From the NCBI GenBank assembly GCA_018817025.1, contig JAHIUU010000003.1:16854-80853 (forward strand): a DNA stretch of 64,000 nt. Direction: 5' to 3'. The notes beneath the pieces are model-generated. The model saw only the letters and a list, made by a program, of their open reading frames with translations. It was not told the origin of the DNA and did no database searches. This stretch comes from Candidatus Babelota bacterium. Its GTDB lineage: Bacteria > Babelota > Babeliae > Babelales > JAHIUU01. Positions within the stretch are counted from its first letter, which is position 1, and each line of letters starts with the position of its first letter. The position numbers and the translations under genes were made by a program. Of this stretch, positions 1-8,253 are shown one piece after another.

Positions 1-2
1 TT

Positions 3-284
3 TTTTCTGATCGTGATGACAAAATGAATACCAGTTTGATTGACAATAACTATGAACTGTTACTTGTTTCTCAGTTTACTTTGTACGCAGACTGCACGAA
101 GGGTAATAGGCCTTCATTTATGCAGGCGATGCCGCCTGATCAGGCAAAAGATCTATACCAAAAATTTATTGAACAGTGCAGACATGAATATGTCTCTGAG
201 AAAGTTAAGGATGGTGTCTTTGGAGCGATGATGCAGATTTCGCTTATCAATGATGGTCCGGTTACGATTGTTTTGGAAGGCTAA
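3..284 (+). CDS. dtd: D-aminoacyl-tRNA deacylase, C-terminal part (5' end lies outside the window)
   Basis: The frame is open to the window edge. It carries the conserved Dtd motifs '[21 protein letters not shown]' and C-terminal '[10 protein letters not shown]'. Confidence 0.85.
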   Translation, partial: FSDRDDKMNTSLIDNNYELLLVSQFTLYADCTKGNRPSFMQAMPPDQAKDLYQKFIEQCRHEYVSEKVKDGVFGAMMQISLINDGPVTIVLEG

Positions 285-305
285 CAGGAGTGAATTTTCA
301 GATAT

Positions 306-797
306 TTGCCTAAGATAATCACTGATAGTCGATTGCTTGTTTTTCTTTCGTATATTCCAGAGCGATTGCGTTGGGTCGTCACCGGAGCCGTGACTGCAGC
401 TCTCATACTTGTATGGGGCTTTTTCTTTTACGTTCCATTATTTTTGAAGACCAATGCGTGCAAAAAAAATATAGAGACGCAGAAAGCGATTTATCACTCG
501 CTTACGAAGAAAATTGGCACACAGCTTTTCTTCGGAGAGAGCTGCTTGTTTGAACAGGTTCCAGCAGAGCTTGCGACACAGGTAAGAAAGTCACGAGCTG
601 TTTGTACGCATGTCATGCAAACCGAAGCCGGCGACTATGACGTTGGTTTGAAAAGCAGTTTTCGAAATTTTCTGCGTTTTCTGGAGCGCTTTTTACAGAA
701 ATTTTCTTGTGTAGAGATAAAAAAAATGTTTTGTTGTCGATCGGGGAGACGCAAAATCGAAGTTCGACTACTTATAGGTGACAGTAACCATGCGTAA
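306..797 (+). CDS. PilO/GspM-like inner-membrane assembly protein (tentative)
   Basis: 163-aa ORF with a TTG start, one N-terminal TM ('VVTGAVTAALILVWGFFFYV'), a short coil and a small C-terminal domain. It lies immediately upstream of the secretin and overlaps it. The call rests on architecture and position only. Confidence 0.35.
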   Translation: MPKIITDSRLLVFLSYIPERLRWVVTGAVTAALILVWGFFFYVPLFLKTNACKKNIETQKAIYHSLTKKIGTQLFFGESCLFEQVPAELATQVRKSRAVCTHVMQTEAGDYDVGLKSSFRNFLRFLERFLQKFSCVEIKKMFCCRSGRRKIEVRLLIGDSNHA

Positions 798-2349
798 CCA
801 TCGAGTTTTGTTTTTTCTCTGTGTTCAGGTAAGTAATTTTTATTTGTTTGGGTTTGCTCTAGAGCGAGACCCTTTTGATATACCGCCATTTGCCGAAAAT
901 CTCGTTCGCTATGAGCGAGAAAAACTTGAGAAAACTAGATGCAAAAAAGAAAAGCGTGCGTCCGAGCCATCACGAAAACAGGAAGCGTCTTATTTGACAA
1001 AAAACATGCGACGATTTTTGTACCGTCAGTATGACGACCCGATACTTCGCGAGAAAAAGATATCGCTTGTCCTTCAGGATACCGACATTCGTGAGGCTTT
1101 TGGCTTTTTGAGTGAAAAGACGGGATTTAATTTTATCGTTGATCCTGATGTGAGCGGGGTTGTCTCGTCAATCTGTGTCAAAGAGGTTCCGATTGCTCTT
1201 GCTCTGAGAACACTCCTTGCAAGCAATCGACCTCGGCTGGCACTTCTTAAGGACAATGGATTGTTCCGTGTTGTTCGACTCTCGAATGCAAAGGAGATTT
1301 TGCTTGAACTAGAAGATCAAGATTGCGAAAGTGCGGCGGTCTTACTTGCTCATCGCCATCTAAGCGAAAAGCAAAAAAAACAGATGAGAAATGTGTGGGA
1401 GGGGGTTACGGCCGATTATTTTGGCAAACAAAAGTTTTACCTGGTTTTTTCTGATGTCAGTCGGCAGGTGATTTTCAAGGGGAAGAAGCATCACGTTACT
1501 CAGTTCAAAAAATATTTGAAAAATATTGACCATCAGGTACCTCGTGTAAAGATCGAAGCCCGTTTCGTTTGTGCTGAGAAGGGGTTTGAAGAAAACGTTG
1601 GATTTCAGTGGTCTGGCATCTACAACCGACGGGCAAGTGTGAAACGAGGGTTTGATTTTATTGGTGTGGGCAAGCCTCTTTCTGCCATTAGCAATAACCC
1701 GACGCAACAACCTCGGGAGTCGCTAATCGATTGGGCACTCAATTTTTTACCGACACCAGATAAAGTTGCAAAAAACCTACGATTGCCATTTGTGTTTGGA
1801 GGAAACGATCTCAACACCAAGCGACTTAATTTAGTTTTGAACGCCGCTGAAAATAGGCGAGAAATAGAGACAATTTTGCAGCCGTCCGTGCTCACAAACG
1901 ACAAGGAGATGGCACAAATTCTTGTTGGAGAAAACGTTCCTATAGAAACAATTATCGAAGAAAGCGTCGAAGGGCGACTACGCAATGTGAAAACGGCTCA
2001 GTACAAAGATATTGGCATACAGTTGAAAGTTCTTCCCATTGTTGCCCCCGATCAGCGATCAGTCTTTCTCGATGTTTATATCGAAAACTCACAGCAAAGT
2101 GATGCGCTCGCAACCAGCCAGGCAACCTACCCAGTTATACGTACGACCCGGTCTCACACCAAAGTACGCTTGCGCAGTGGTCAGACAACCATGATCAGTG
2201 GACTGCTCAAAGATATAAAAGAATTATATAAGACGAGGGATCCGCTTCTAGGTAGGATTCCATTTTTAGGAGCGCTTTTTAGGGGGCGTCGTCGTGTGAA
2301 GCAAAATATGCAGTTGCTCATTTTTATTACCCCAACAATTGTCACGTAA
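790..2349 (+). CDS. Secretin (PilQ/GspD family)
   Basis: Secretin_N-like segment 'ISLVLQDTDIREAFGFLSEKTGFNFIVDPDVSGVV'. C-terminal secretin signature 'GQTTMISGLLKD...RDPLLGRIPFLGALFRGRRRVKQNMQLLIFITPTIV'. A GTG at 778 is an alternative start. Confidence 0.85.
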   Translation: MRNHRVLFFLCVQVSNFYLFGFALERDPFDIPPFAENLVRYEREKLEKTRCKKEKRASEPSRKQEASYLTKNMRRFLYRQYDDPILREKKISLVLQDTDIREAFGFLSEKTGFNFIVDPDVSGVVSSICVKEVPIALALRTLLASNRPRLALLKDNGLFRVVRLSNAKEILLELEDQDCESAAVLLAHRHLSEKQKKQMRNVWEGVTADYFGKQKFYLVFSDVSRQVIFKGKKHHVTQFKKYLKNIDHQVPRVKIEARFVCAEKGFEENVGFQWSGIYNRRASVKRGFDFIGVGKPLSAISNNPTQQPRESLIDWALNFLPTPDKVAKNLRLPFVFGGNDLNTKRLNLVLNAAENRREIETILQPSVLTNDKEMAQILVGENVPIETIIEESVEGRLRNVKTAQYKDIGIQLKVLPIVAPDQRSVFLDVYIENSQQSDALATSQATYPVIRTTRSHTKVRLRSGQTTMISGLLKDIKELYKTRDPLLGRIPFLGALFRGRRRVKQNMQLLIFITPTIVT

Positions 2350-2377
2350 AAACGTATAGAGAGACAAGGAGTTTTTT

Positions 2378-3907
2378 GTGCATGCAAAAGTTTTTTCTGC
2401 CACAACAATAGGAATAGATGCCCACCCCGTTGAGGTCGAGGTTGACCTCTCGATGGGCATAGTTGGCTTTTTTATTGTTGGTCTTCCTGACAAAGCGATT
2501 AGAGAGAGCAAGGATCGTATTCGAGCCGCAATAAAAAATAGTAAACTGCGCTTTCCTCTGCGAGTAATTACGGTCAATCTTGCACCTGCAAACTTAAAAA
2601 AGCAGGACATTCTGTTTGACGTTCCAATTGCAATCGCAATTTTACAGGCATCAAGAGTGCTATCAATCGATCCAGAATTTATTAATGAAACGCTTTTTCT
2701 TGGAGAGCTTTCTCTTGACGGGACCATTCGTCCAGTTTGTGGCGTTCTCTCAATAGCTCATACAGCTTTGAAGATGGGAAAGAAGAGATTAATTGTTCCT
2801 AAAGCGAACACCAGAGAAGCAAGCCTAATCAAGGGGATCGAGGTCATTGGCCTTGAAAACCTAGGCGAACTTGTTTCATATCTTAAAAATGAAACCTCAA
2901 TTACTCCAACGCCCTCGACCTTCGACTCATTTCAAGGGGCGATAAAAAGTCATCCGCTCGATTTCCGCCAGGTTAAGGGACAATGGCAAGCGAAGCGGGC
3001 GCTTCAAATTGCAGCGGCTGGCCGTCATAATATTCTATTTATTGGCCCCCCAGGTTCCGGTAAGACGATGCTTGCAAAACGACTTGCGACTATTCTTCCC
3101 GCAATGTCATTTAACGAAGTAATCGAAACAACAAAGATTTACTCTATTGCAGGTATGCTTAGAGATACCACGCTTATTGTTCATCGTCCATTTCGCTCCC
3201 CACATCATACGATATCTCAAGCCGGTCTTGTTGGTGGAGGCTCCAATCCTAGGCCAGGTGAAATTAGCCTCGCAAACAATGGCGTTCTATTTCTTGATGA
3301 GCTTACAGAATTTACCCGGTCGACCCTCGAGGTTTTACGGCAACCGCTCGAGGGGAAACAGGTGCTTATTTCACGCGCAAACATGTCGGTTGAGTATCCG
3401 GCATCGTTCCTGCTCATTGCAGCCCTTAACCCATGTCCGTGCGGTTACTTTGGCGACAAGTCAAAAAAGTGTTCTTGTTCTGAGCCGCAGATTAAAAAGT
3501 ATATTGGCAAACTGTCTGGGCCGTTGCTCGATCGAATCGATCTTCATGTAAATGTCATGTCGATCGATTATGACGAATTAAAAAATAAAAAAGAACAAAG
3601 CAAAGGGTCTCAAGAAATGTTTGACGAAGTGATGCGGGCCGTTGAGTTTGGCAAAAACCGACATGGTCAAGTAGCTAACGCAAACCTCACGTCTGACCAA
3701 GTCGAACAATTTTGCATGCTCTCGCCACCAGCAGAACGGATCATCAAGCTTGCGTTTGAAAAACTTCATCTAAGCATGCGTGGTTACCACAAGATTTTGA
3801 AAATTGCACGGACAATTGCTGATCTTGCTAACTCAGACACCATTGAACAAACCCATATTCAAGAGGCGATCATGTATCGCTCGTTAGACCGGGAGGAGGG
3901 CACATGA
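2378..3907 (+). CDS. comM: Mg-chelatase-like AAA+ ATPase ComM/YifB
   Basis: N-terminal Lon-like domain 'VFSATTIGIDAHPVEVEVDLSMG'. Walker A 'GPPGSGKTM', 'VLFLDELTEF', a Cys cluster 'CPCGYFGD..KCSCS', and C-terminal 'SMRGYHKILKIARTIADL'. Confidence 0.9.
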   Translation: MHAKVFSATTIGIDAHPVEVEVDLSMGIVGFFIVGLPDKAIRESKDRIRAAIKNSKLRFPLRVITVNLAPANLKKQDILFDVPIAIAILQASRVLSIDPEFINETLFLGELSLDGTIRPVCGVLSIAHTALKMGKKRLIVPKANTREASLIKGIEVIGLENLGELVSYLKNETSITPTPSTFDSFQGAIKSHPLDFRQVKGQWQAKRALQIAAAGRHNILFIGPPGSGKTMLAKRLATILPAMSFNEVIETTKIYSIAGMLRDTTLIVHRPFRSPHHTISQAGLVGGGSNPRPGEISLANNGVLFLDELTEFTRSTLEVLRQPLEGKQVLISRANMSVEYPASFLLIAALNPCPCGYFGDKSKKCSCSEPQIKKYIGKLSGPLLDRIDLHVNVMSIDYDELKNKKEQSKGSQEMFDEVMRAVEFGKNRHGQVANANLTSDQVEQFCMLSPPAERIIKLAFEKLHLSMRGYHKILKIARTIADLANSDTIEQTHIQEAIMYRSLDREEGT

Positions 3908-4344
3908 CAACAATAGGAACCGACATTGTTTCGGTCGAGCGGTTTGAGGCGTGGGGTGACTATTCGTATGATCAGATGAGACACGTTTTCTCAAAGCAGG
4001 AGCTTGCTTATTGTAAACAGGATAGCTCGTACAAGTATGCTTCGTTGGCAGCTCGCTTTGCCGCGAAAGAAGCGTTCTTTAAAGCGTTAAGTGCGATGCT
4101 GGTGAAGCTAGATTTGACCGAGCATGAATTTACCCTTCTGTTTTTATGTCAGCGTGTACAGGTCAAGAAAACAACCTGGGACGTGCCGGTGCTTGTTGTC
4201 GATTGGCAGGAGATTGAAAAAAAAATACAAACAACTCTTCCTAAATTGCAGGTTGAATTGTCGATATCACACGAAAAAAAATATGTGGTTGCTTTTGTTG
4301 TCCTAGGGCTTCCCTGCGGGGGGGTTAAGGGCGGGTCACCCTAG
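3904..4344 (+). CDS. acpS: Holo-[acyl-carrier-protein] synthase
   Basis: 'IGTDIVSVERFE', 'AARFAAKEAFFKAL' and 'ELSISHEKKYVVAFVVL'. ATGA overlap with comM. The last ~12 codons and the stop lie inside a REP-like repeat. Confidence 0.85.
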   Translation: MTTIGTDIVSVERFEAWGDYSYDQMRHVFSKQELAYCKQDSSYKYASLAARFAAKEAFFKALSAMLVKLDLTEHEFTLLFLCQRVQVKKTTWDVPVLVVDWQEIEKKIQTTLPKLQVELSISHEKKYVVAFVVLGLPCGGVKGGSP

Positions 4345-4379
4345 GCTGGCAGGATGGCAGTCGCCCTAGGGGGGCTCCC
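4302..4379. repeat. GC-rich REP-like palindromic element, left flank of the transposase
   Basis: CCTAGGG (4302-4308) pairs with CCCTAGG (4339-4345) around an inner CCC-TGCG-GGG hairpin. It is followed by GCAGTCGCCCTAGGGGGGCTCC (4358-4379), which reappears inverted at 4834-4855. Confidence 0.75.
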
Positions 4380-4405
4380 GTCGAATGGTTTGAGAAAGGG
4401 TTTGC

Positions 4406-4822
4406 ATGGGTCAAAGTTATGTAGCTTTGTATTTTCATTTAATATGGACAACGAAAAAACGAGAGCGTTATTTCTCTTCCTCTGGAAAAATAAGATTGTA
4501 TGATTATGTGAAAGATATGGTCGAAAGAAAGGTTGTTGAGTTGCTTGCCATTGGTGGGATGGCCGAGCACGTTCATCTTCTTGTGTGCATGAAGACCGTT
4601 GATGCGATTGCTGATTTTATGGCCTATATCAAACCTGCCTCCTTAGGTTTTGTTAAACGGGCTGGTAAAAATTGTGACTGCTTTTCTTGGCAAAAGGGAT
4701 ACGCTGTTTTTTCTGTGAGCGCTTCGCATGTCGGTTACTTGAGACGATACATTTGTAATCAGGAGAATCATCACAAGATCTGGAGCTTTGATGAGGAGTT
4801 AGATTTTTTCTTGAATTTTTGA
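4406..4822 (+). CDS. IS200/IS605-family Y1 (HUH) transposase, RAYT-like
   Basis: 138 aa. 'YFHLIWTTKKRE', HUH motif 'EHVHLLV', 'FSWQKGYAVFSVS' and the catalytic Tyr motif 'RYICNQENHH'. Confidence 0.9.
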   Translation: MGQSYVALYFHLIWTTKKRERYFSSSGKIRLYDYVKDMVERKVVELLAIGGMAEHVHLLVCMKTVDAIADFMAYIKPASLGFVKRAGKNCDCFSWQKGYAVFSVSASHVGYLRRYICNQENHHKIWSFDEELDFFLNF

Positions 4823-4833
4823 CAAACGCTATA

Positions 4834-4855
4834 GGAGCCCCCTAGGGCGACTTGC
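4834..4855. repeat. REP-like inverted repeat, right flank of the transposase
   Basis: The reverse complement of GGAGCCCCCTAGGGCGACTTGC matches 4358-4379 apart from two single-base indels. Confidence 0.75.
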
Positions 4856-4874
4856 TCAGGATACACAAAACATT

Positions 4875-6485
4875 ATGGGAGATGCTGTGCGTCGAAAAAG
4901 ATTAGGTCATATTTTGGCCGGTTCATTGGTAGAGGGATTAGTAATGCGACTTGATTCGTCGTGTGATCTTGAGTCGGTCAAGACAGGTAAGTTTGTTTGT
5001 GTTCAGGGGAAAGAATATAATTTCTTTTCGCTTATTACTGATCTTGAGTTGCAGGTGACGAATCCTGATATTTTACTCTTTCCGCCAGAGGAAGATGAGG
5101 CTCTTTTGAAACAGGTGCTACAGAAGCGTGATATCTATGCAAAAGCCAAGCTTCGTCCCATGTTAATGTTGGACAAGCGCGGGAGGCATATGCCGGTCAA
5201 GACGATACCAACTCACTTTGCGACAGTGTTCGAGGCGAGTCGCGATGATGTGGCGCTTATTTTTGGGGATGAACGGGAGGGAGAAAAGTATTTCAGCATT
5301 GGAAAACCGCTTGATATGGAAACGCCGGTTTGCGTTAATATGGACTTATTGACCGAGCGAAGCAATGGTATTTTTGGAAAGACTGGAACGGGAAAAACAT
5401 TTTTGACTCGTTTGATTTTGGCCGGGCTGGTCAGAAGTGGGCGTGCAGTTAACTTGATTTTTGATATGCATAGTGAGTATGGATTGCAAGCTCGTAAAGA
5501 GGGCCCAGGTAACTCTTTTGTGAAAGGGCTGAAGACGTTGTTTCCTGATAAAGTTGCAATTTTTTCACTAGACCCAGAGTCAACGCGCCGACGAGGTGGC
5601 TCGCCTGACTTTGAGGTAACCTTAAGCTATCAGGATATTCGGGTTGAAGATGTGATGCCATTGCAGGGAGAACTCAATTTGCATCCAACGGCCCTTGAGG
5701 CAGCATATTTGATTGCAAGTAAATATCGTAAAGATTGGTTGTGTATGCTGTTGGCGCAAGATGGGACGGTCAAAGAGTTTGCTGAGGACGTCGGGGCTCA
5801 CGCAGAGTCGGTTGGGGCCCTGTACAGAAAGTTAAAGCGGCTTGAGCGATTTGCGTTTTTGAAGAAAGGTGGGCTAGAGAAATCTGTCATTGATACGATG
5901 ATTGAGTATTTAGATAGGGGTATTCACGTGGTGCTGGAGTTTGGAAATCACACGTCAATGCTATGTTATTTATTAATAGCTAATATTATTACGCGTCATA
6001 TTCACGATGCGTATATGACCAAGACGGAAAAATTTCTATCATCGCAAAAAAAAGAAGATGAGCCGCGTAAGTTAATGATTACGATTGAGGAGGCCCATAA
6101 GTTTTTAAATCCTCAAGCGGCACGGCAAACGATTTTTGGGGTTATTGCGAGGGAAATGCGTAAATATTATGTGTCGCTATTGGTGGTTGATCAAAGGCCG
6201 TCCGGGATTGATCAGGAGATTATTTCTCAAATTGGTACGAAGATTGTGGCATTACTTAACGACGAGAAAGATATTCAGGCGGTTTTGACCGGGGTAAATA
6301 ATTCGAGTGGTTTACGTTCTATCTTGGCGACATTGGATACGAAAAAGCAGGCACTTATAATGGGTCATGCGGTGCCGATGCCGGTGGTAATTAAAACGCG
6401 AGAGTATGACGACGTTTTTTATAAAGACCTTGGTTGTATGATTGGCGAGAGAGAGGTTAAAGAAGCTATAGAAGAAATTTTTTGA
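4875..6485 (+). CDS. HerA-like (DUF87/FtsK-HerA superfamily) ATPase
   Basis: N-terminal HAS-barrel-like 'GHILAGSLVEGLVMRLDSS...GKFVCVQ'. Walker A 'GIFGKTGTGKTFL', 'MITIEEAHKFL', and Walker B-like 'YYVSLLVVDQRPSGID'. Confidence 0.75.
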   Translation: MGDAVRRKRLGHILAGSLVEGLVMRLDSSCDLESVKTGKFVCVQGKEYNFFSLITDLELQVTNPDILLFPPEEDEALLKQVLQKRDIYAKAKLRPMLMLDKRGRHMPVKTIPTHFATVFEASRDDVALIFGDEREGEKYFSIGKPLDMETPVCVNMDLLTERSNGIFGKTGTGKTFLTRLILAGLVRSGRAVNLIFDMHSEYGLQARKEGPGNSFVKGLKTLFPDKVAIFSLDPESTRRRGGSPDFEVTLSYQDIRVEDVMPLQGELNLHPTALEAAYLIASKYRKDWLCMLLAQDGTVKEFAEDVGAHAESVGALYRKLKRLERFAFLKKGGLEKSVIDTMIEYLDRGIHVVLEFGNHTSMLCYLLIANIITRHIHDAYMTKTEKFLSSQKKEDEPRKLMITIEEAHKFLNPQAARQTIFGVIAREMRKYYVSLLVVDQRPSGIDQEIISQIGTKIVALLNDEKDIQAVLTGVNNSSGLRSILATLDTKKQALIMGHAVPMPVVIKTREYDDVFYKDLGCMIGEREVKEAIEEIF

Positions 6486-6577
6486 CGCCTTTGTGCAATA
6501 GCGATACGATTATCTACGATAATTTGCTGAGAATTTTTGTGTTGTGTTATGGGTTTTTTATAGAAAGGGTAAGGACG

Positions 6578-7150
6578 ATGTCAAAGAAATTATTGGCTAG
6601 TTTTGTGTTTTTGGCGGTTTCAGGGTGTTGTGTTGCGGGCGATGCGTCAAATAACGTTTTTTCAATTGATAGCAACAAACTGCTTCGTGAGTCTCGCGAA
6701 GGACGGGCCCTTTTGGGAACAAGTGAAAAAGATAAAGAAAATGTGATGAAGATTGAATACGAGCAATCAAAGAAGATTGGCGAGCTGAGAAGTAAGATCG
6801 AAGATGGCGTTAGAGCTGGTAAGTTTACAGAAGATGTTTTGCAAGAAAAGTACGAAGAGTTGGGGCGTCTTCAGAAGAAAGCAAAACGACTTGTTGAGGA
6901 CGCGAGAGAAGACTTTGACTTGAAAAAACAGAGAGAGATCGTTAAATTTCGCAACAAGGTCCATATGACTGCGGCAGATTATTTCAACAAAGCCGGTGGC
7001 AGCATTGTGTTCGATAAAGCAACACCCGGAATAATTTATGTTGCTGACTCAACCGATAGAACCGACTCTTTGCTGAAGGAGCTTAATAGTCGTTATGAAA
7101 AAGAAAAAGCAACGTCGATGCTAACAAAAGATAAAACAAAAAAAGCGTGA
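6578..7150 (+). CDS. skp: Skp/OmpH-family periplasmic chaperone
   Basis: Signal peptide 'MSKKLLASFVFLAVSGCCVAG', a long charged coiled body, and 'DRTDSLLKELNSRY'. It sits in the conserved position directly upstream of lpxD. The track ORF starts at 6482, but the ATG at 6578 fits the signal peptide. Confidence 0.7.
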   Translation: MSKKLLASFVFLAVSGCCVAGDASNNVFSIDSNKLLRESREGRALLGTSEKDKENVMKIEYEQSKKIGELRSKIEDGVRAGKFTEDVLQEKYEELGRLQKKAKRLVEDAREDFDLKKQREIVKFRNKVHMTAADYFNKAGGSIVFDKATPGIIYVADSTDRTDSLLKELNSRYEKEKATSMLTKDKTKKA

Positions 7151-7160
7151 GATTCAAGGC

Positions 7161-8243
7161 GTGAGACCTGTTAATTTAACAATTAAAGAATTGATGCAAG
7201 TGGTCGAGGGATGTGCAACGTCCCTCGACCCTGCTTTTTTAGTTAAGCATATTGCGAGTTTGGAGGGGGCCGGAGAGCGTGATTTAGCGGTGCTTTTCGA
7301 TCCCGAAGACAATTCTGTTTTTGCGCCTGTTTCCATTGAAAAAATTAAATCGTGTCGAGCAGGACTTATTTTAGCAAGCAAGCCGGTTGCTCCTGGCAAA
7401 AATTATTTGCTTGTTGATGATCCATTGGTTGCATTAGAGCGACTTGCGAAGTTTTTGGATGAGAGAAAGAGTGGAAAGAGAGATGGTGTGCATGAGCTTG
7501 CACATGTTGGAGAGTTTGCTGTTATTGAAGATGGGGTGACGATTGATTCATATGCGGTTGTTCAAGATGATGCAAAGATTGGTTATGGGGCAAAGATTGG
7601 GTCCCATGTTTATATTGGGAGGGGGTGTCAGATTGGGTGTCATACGATCGTCCATCCTGGGGCAAAAATTTTAGATCGATGTGTTGTTGGAGAAAATTCA
7701 ATAATTCACGCTGGGGCTGTTATCGGTTCGGATGGATTTGGGTATCGAGTAATGAAGACAGGCTTGCAGAAAGTGCCCCATGTTGGGATTGTTCGCATTG
7801 GTTCATGGGTTGAAGTTGGGGCGAACGTAACGATTGATCGAGCAGAGTTTGAAGAGACGGTTGTTGGGGATGGGGTAAAGATTGATAACGGCGTGCACAT
7901 TGCGCACAACGTAAAGATTGGGCTAGGGACAGCCATTTTGGCGCAGACCGGCATTGCTGGGAGTACGATCATTGGCCTGGGTTGTCAGATTGGTGGACAA
8001 GTTGCGATAAAAGATCATCTGGTGATTGGTAATTACGTTAAGATTGTTTCAAAGAGTGCCGTGATGAAGAATTTGAAAGATGGGGAAGTGGTCTGTGGTA
8101 TTCCGAGTGTGCCTTTTTCTCAGTGGAAGCGAATAGCGGTATCGATGATGACGTTGCCGGATGTGATGAAGTCGTTTAAGGAGACTAAAAAAAATCTTGA
8201 GAAGCGAAAAATGGGAGGGTTTTGGCGGTTTTTGAGAGGGTAG
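7161..8243 (+). CDS. lpxD: UDP-3-O-acylglucosamine N-acyltransferase
   Basis: 360 aa with a GTG start. It has an LpxD-type N-terminal domain followed by a long run of hexapeptide repeats ('IGYGAKIGSHVYIGRGCQIGCHTIVHPGAKI...'). skp-lpxD synteny supports the call. Confidence 0.85.
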   Translation: MRPVNLTIKELMQVVEGCATSLDPAFLVKHIASLEGAGERDLAVLFDPEDNSVFAPVSIEKIKSCRAGLILASKPVAPGKNYLLVDDPLVALERLAKFLDERKSGKRDGVHELAHVGEFAVIEDGVTIDSYAVVQDDAKIGYGAKIGSHVYIGRGCQIGCHTIVHPGAKILDRCVVGENSIIHAGAVIGSDGFGYRVMKTGLQKVPHVGIVRIGSWVEVGANVTIDRAEFEETVVGDGVKIDNGVHIAHNVKIGLGTAILAQTGIAGSTIIGLGCQIGGQVAIKDHLVIGNYVKIVSKSAVMKNLKDGEVVCGIPSVPFSQWKRIAVSMMTLPDVMKSFKETKKNLEKRKMGGFWRFLRG

Positions 8244-8253
8244 GAAGGGTAGT

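Larger units (their letters stand above)
4302..4855 (+). mobile_element. RAYT/REP module: single Y1 transposase bracketed by inverted REP hairpins
   Basis: A Y1 transposase gene is flanked on both sides by inverted copies of the same GC-rich palindromic sequence. There is no second (tnpB-like) ORF. Confidence 0.7.
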
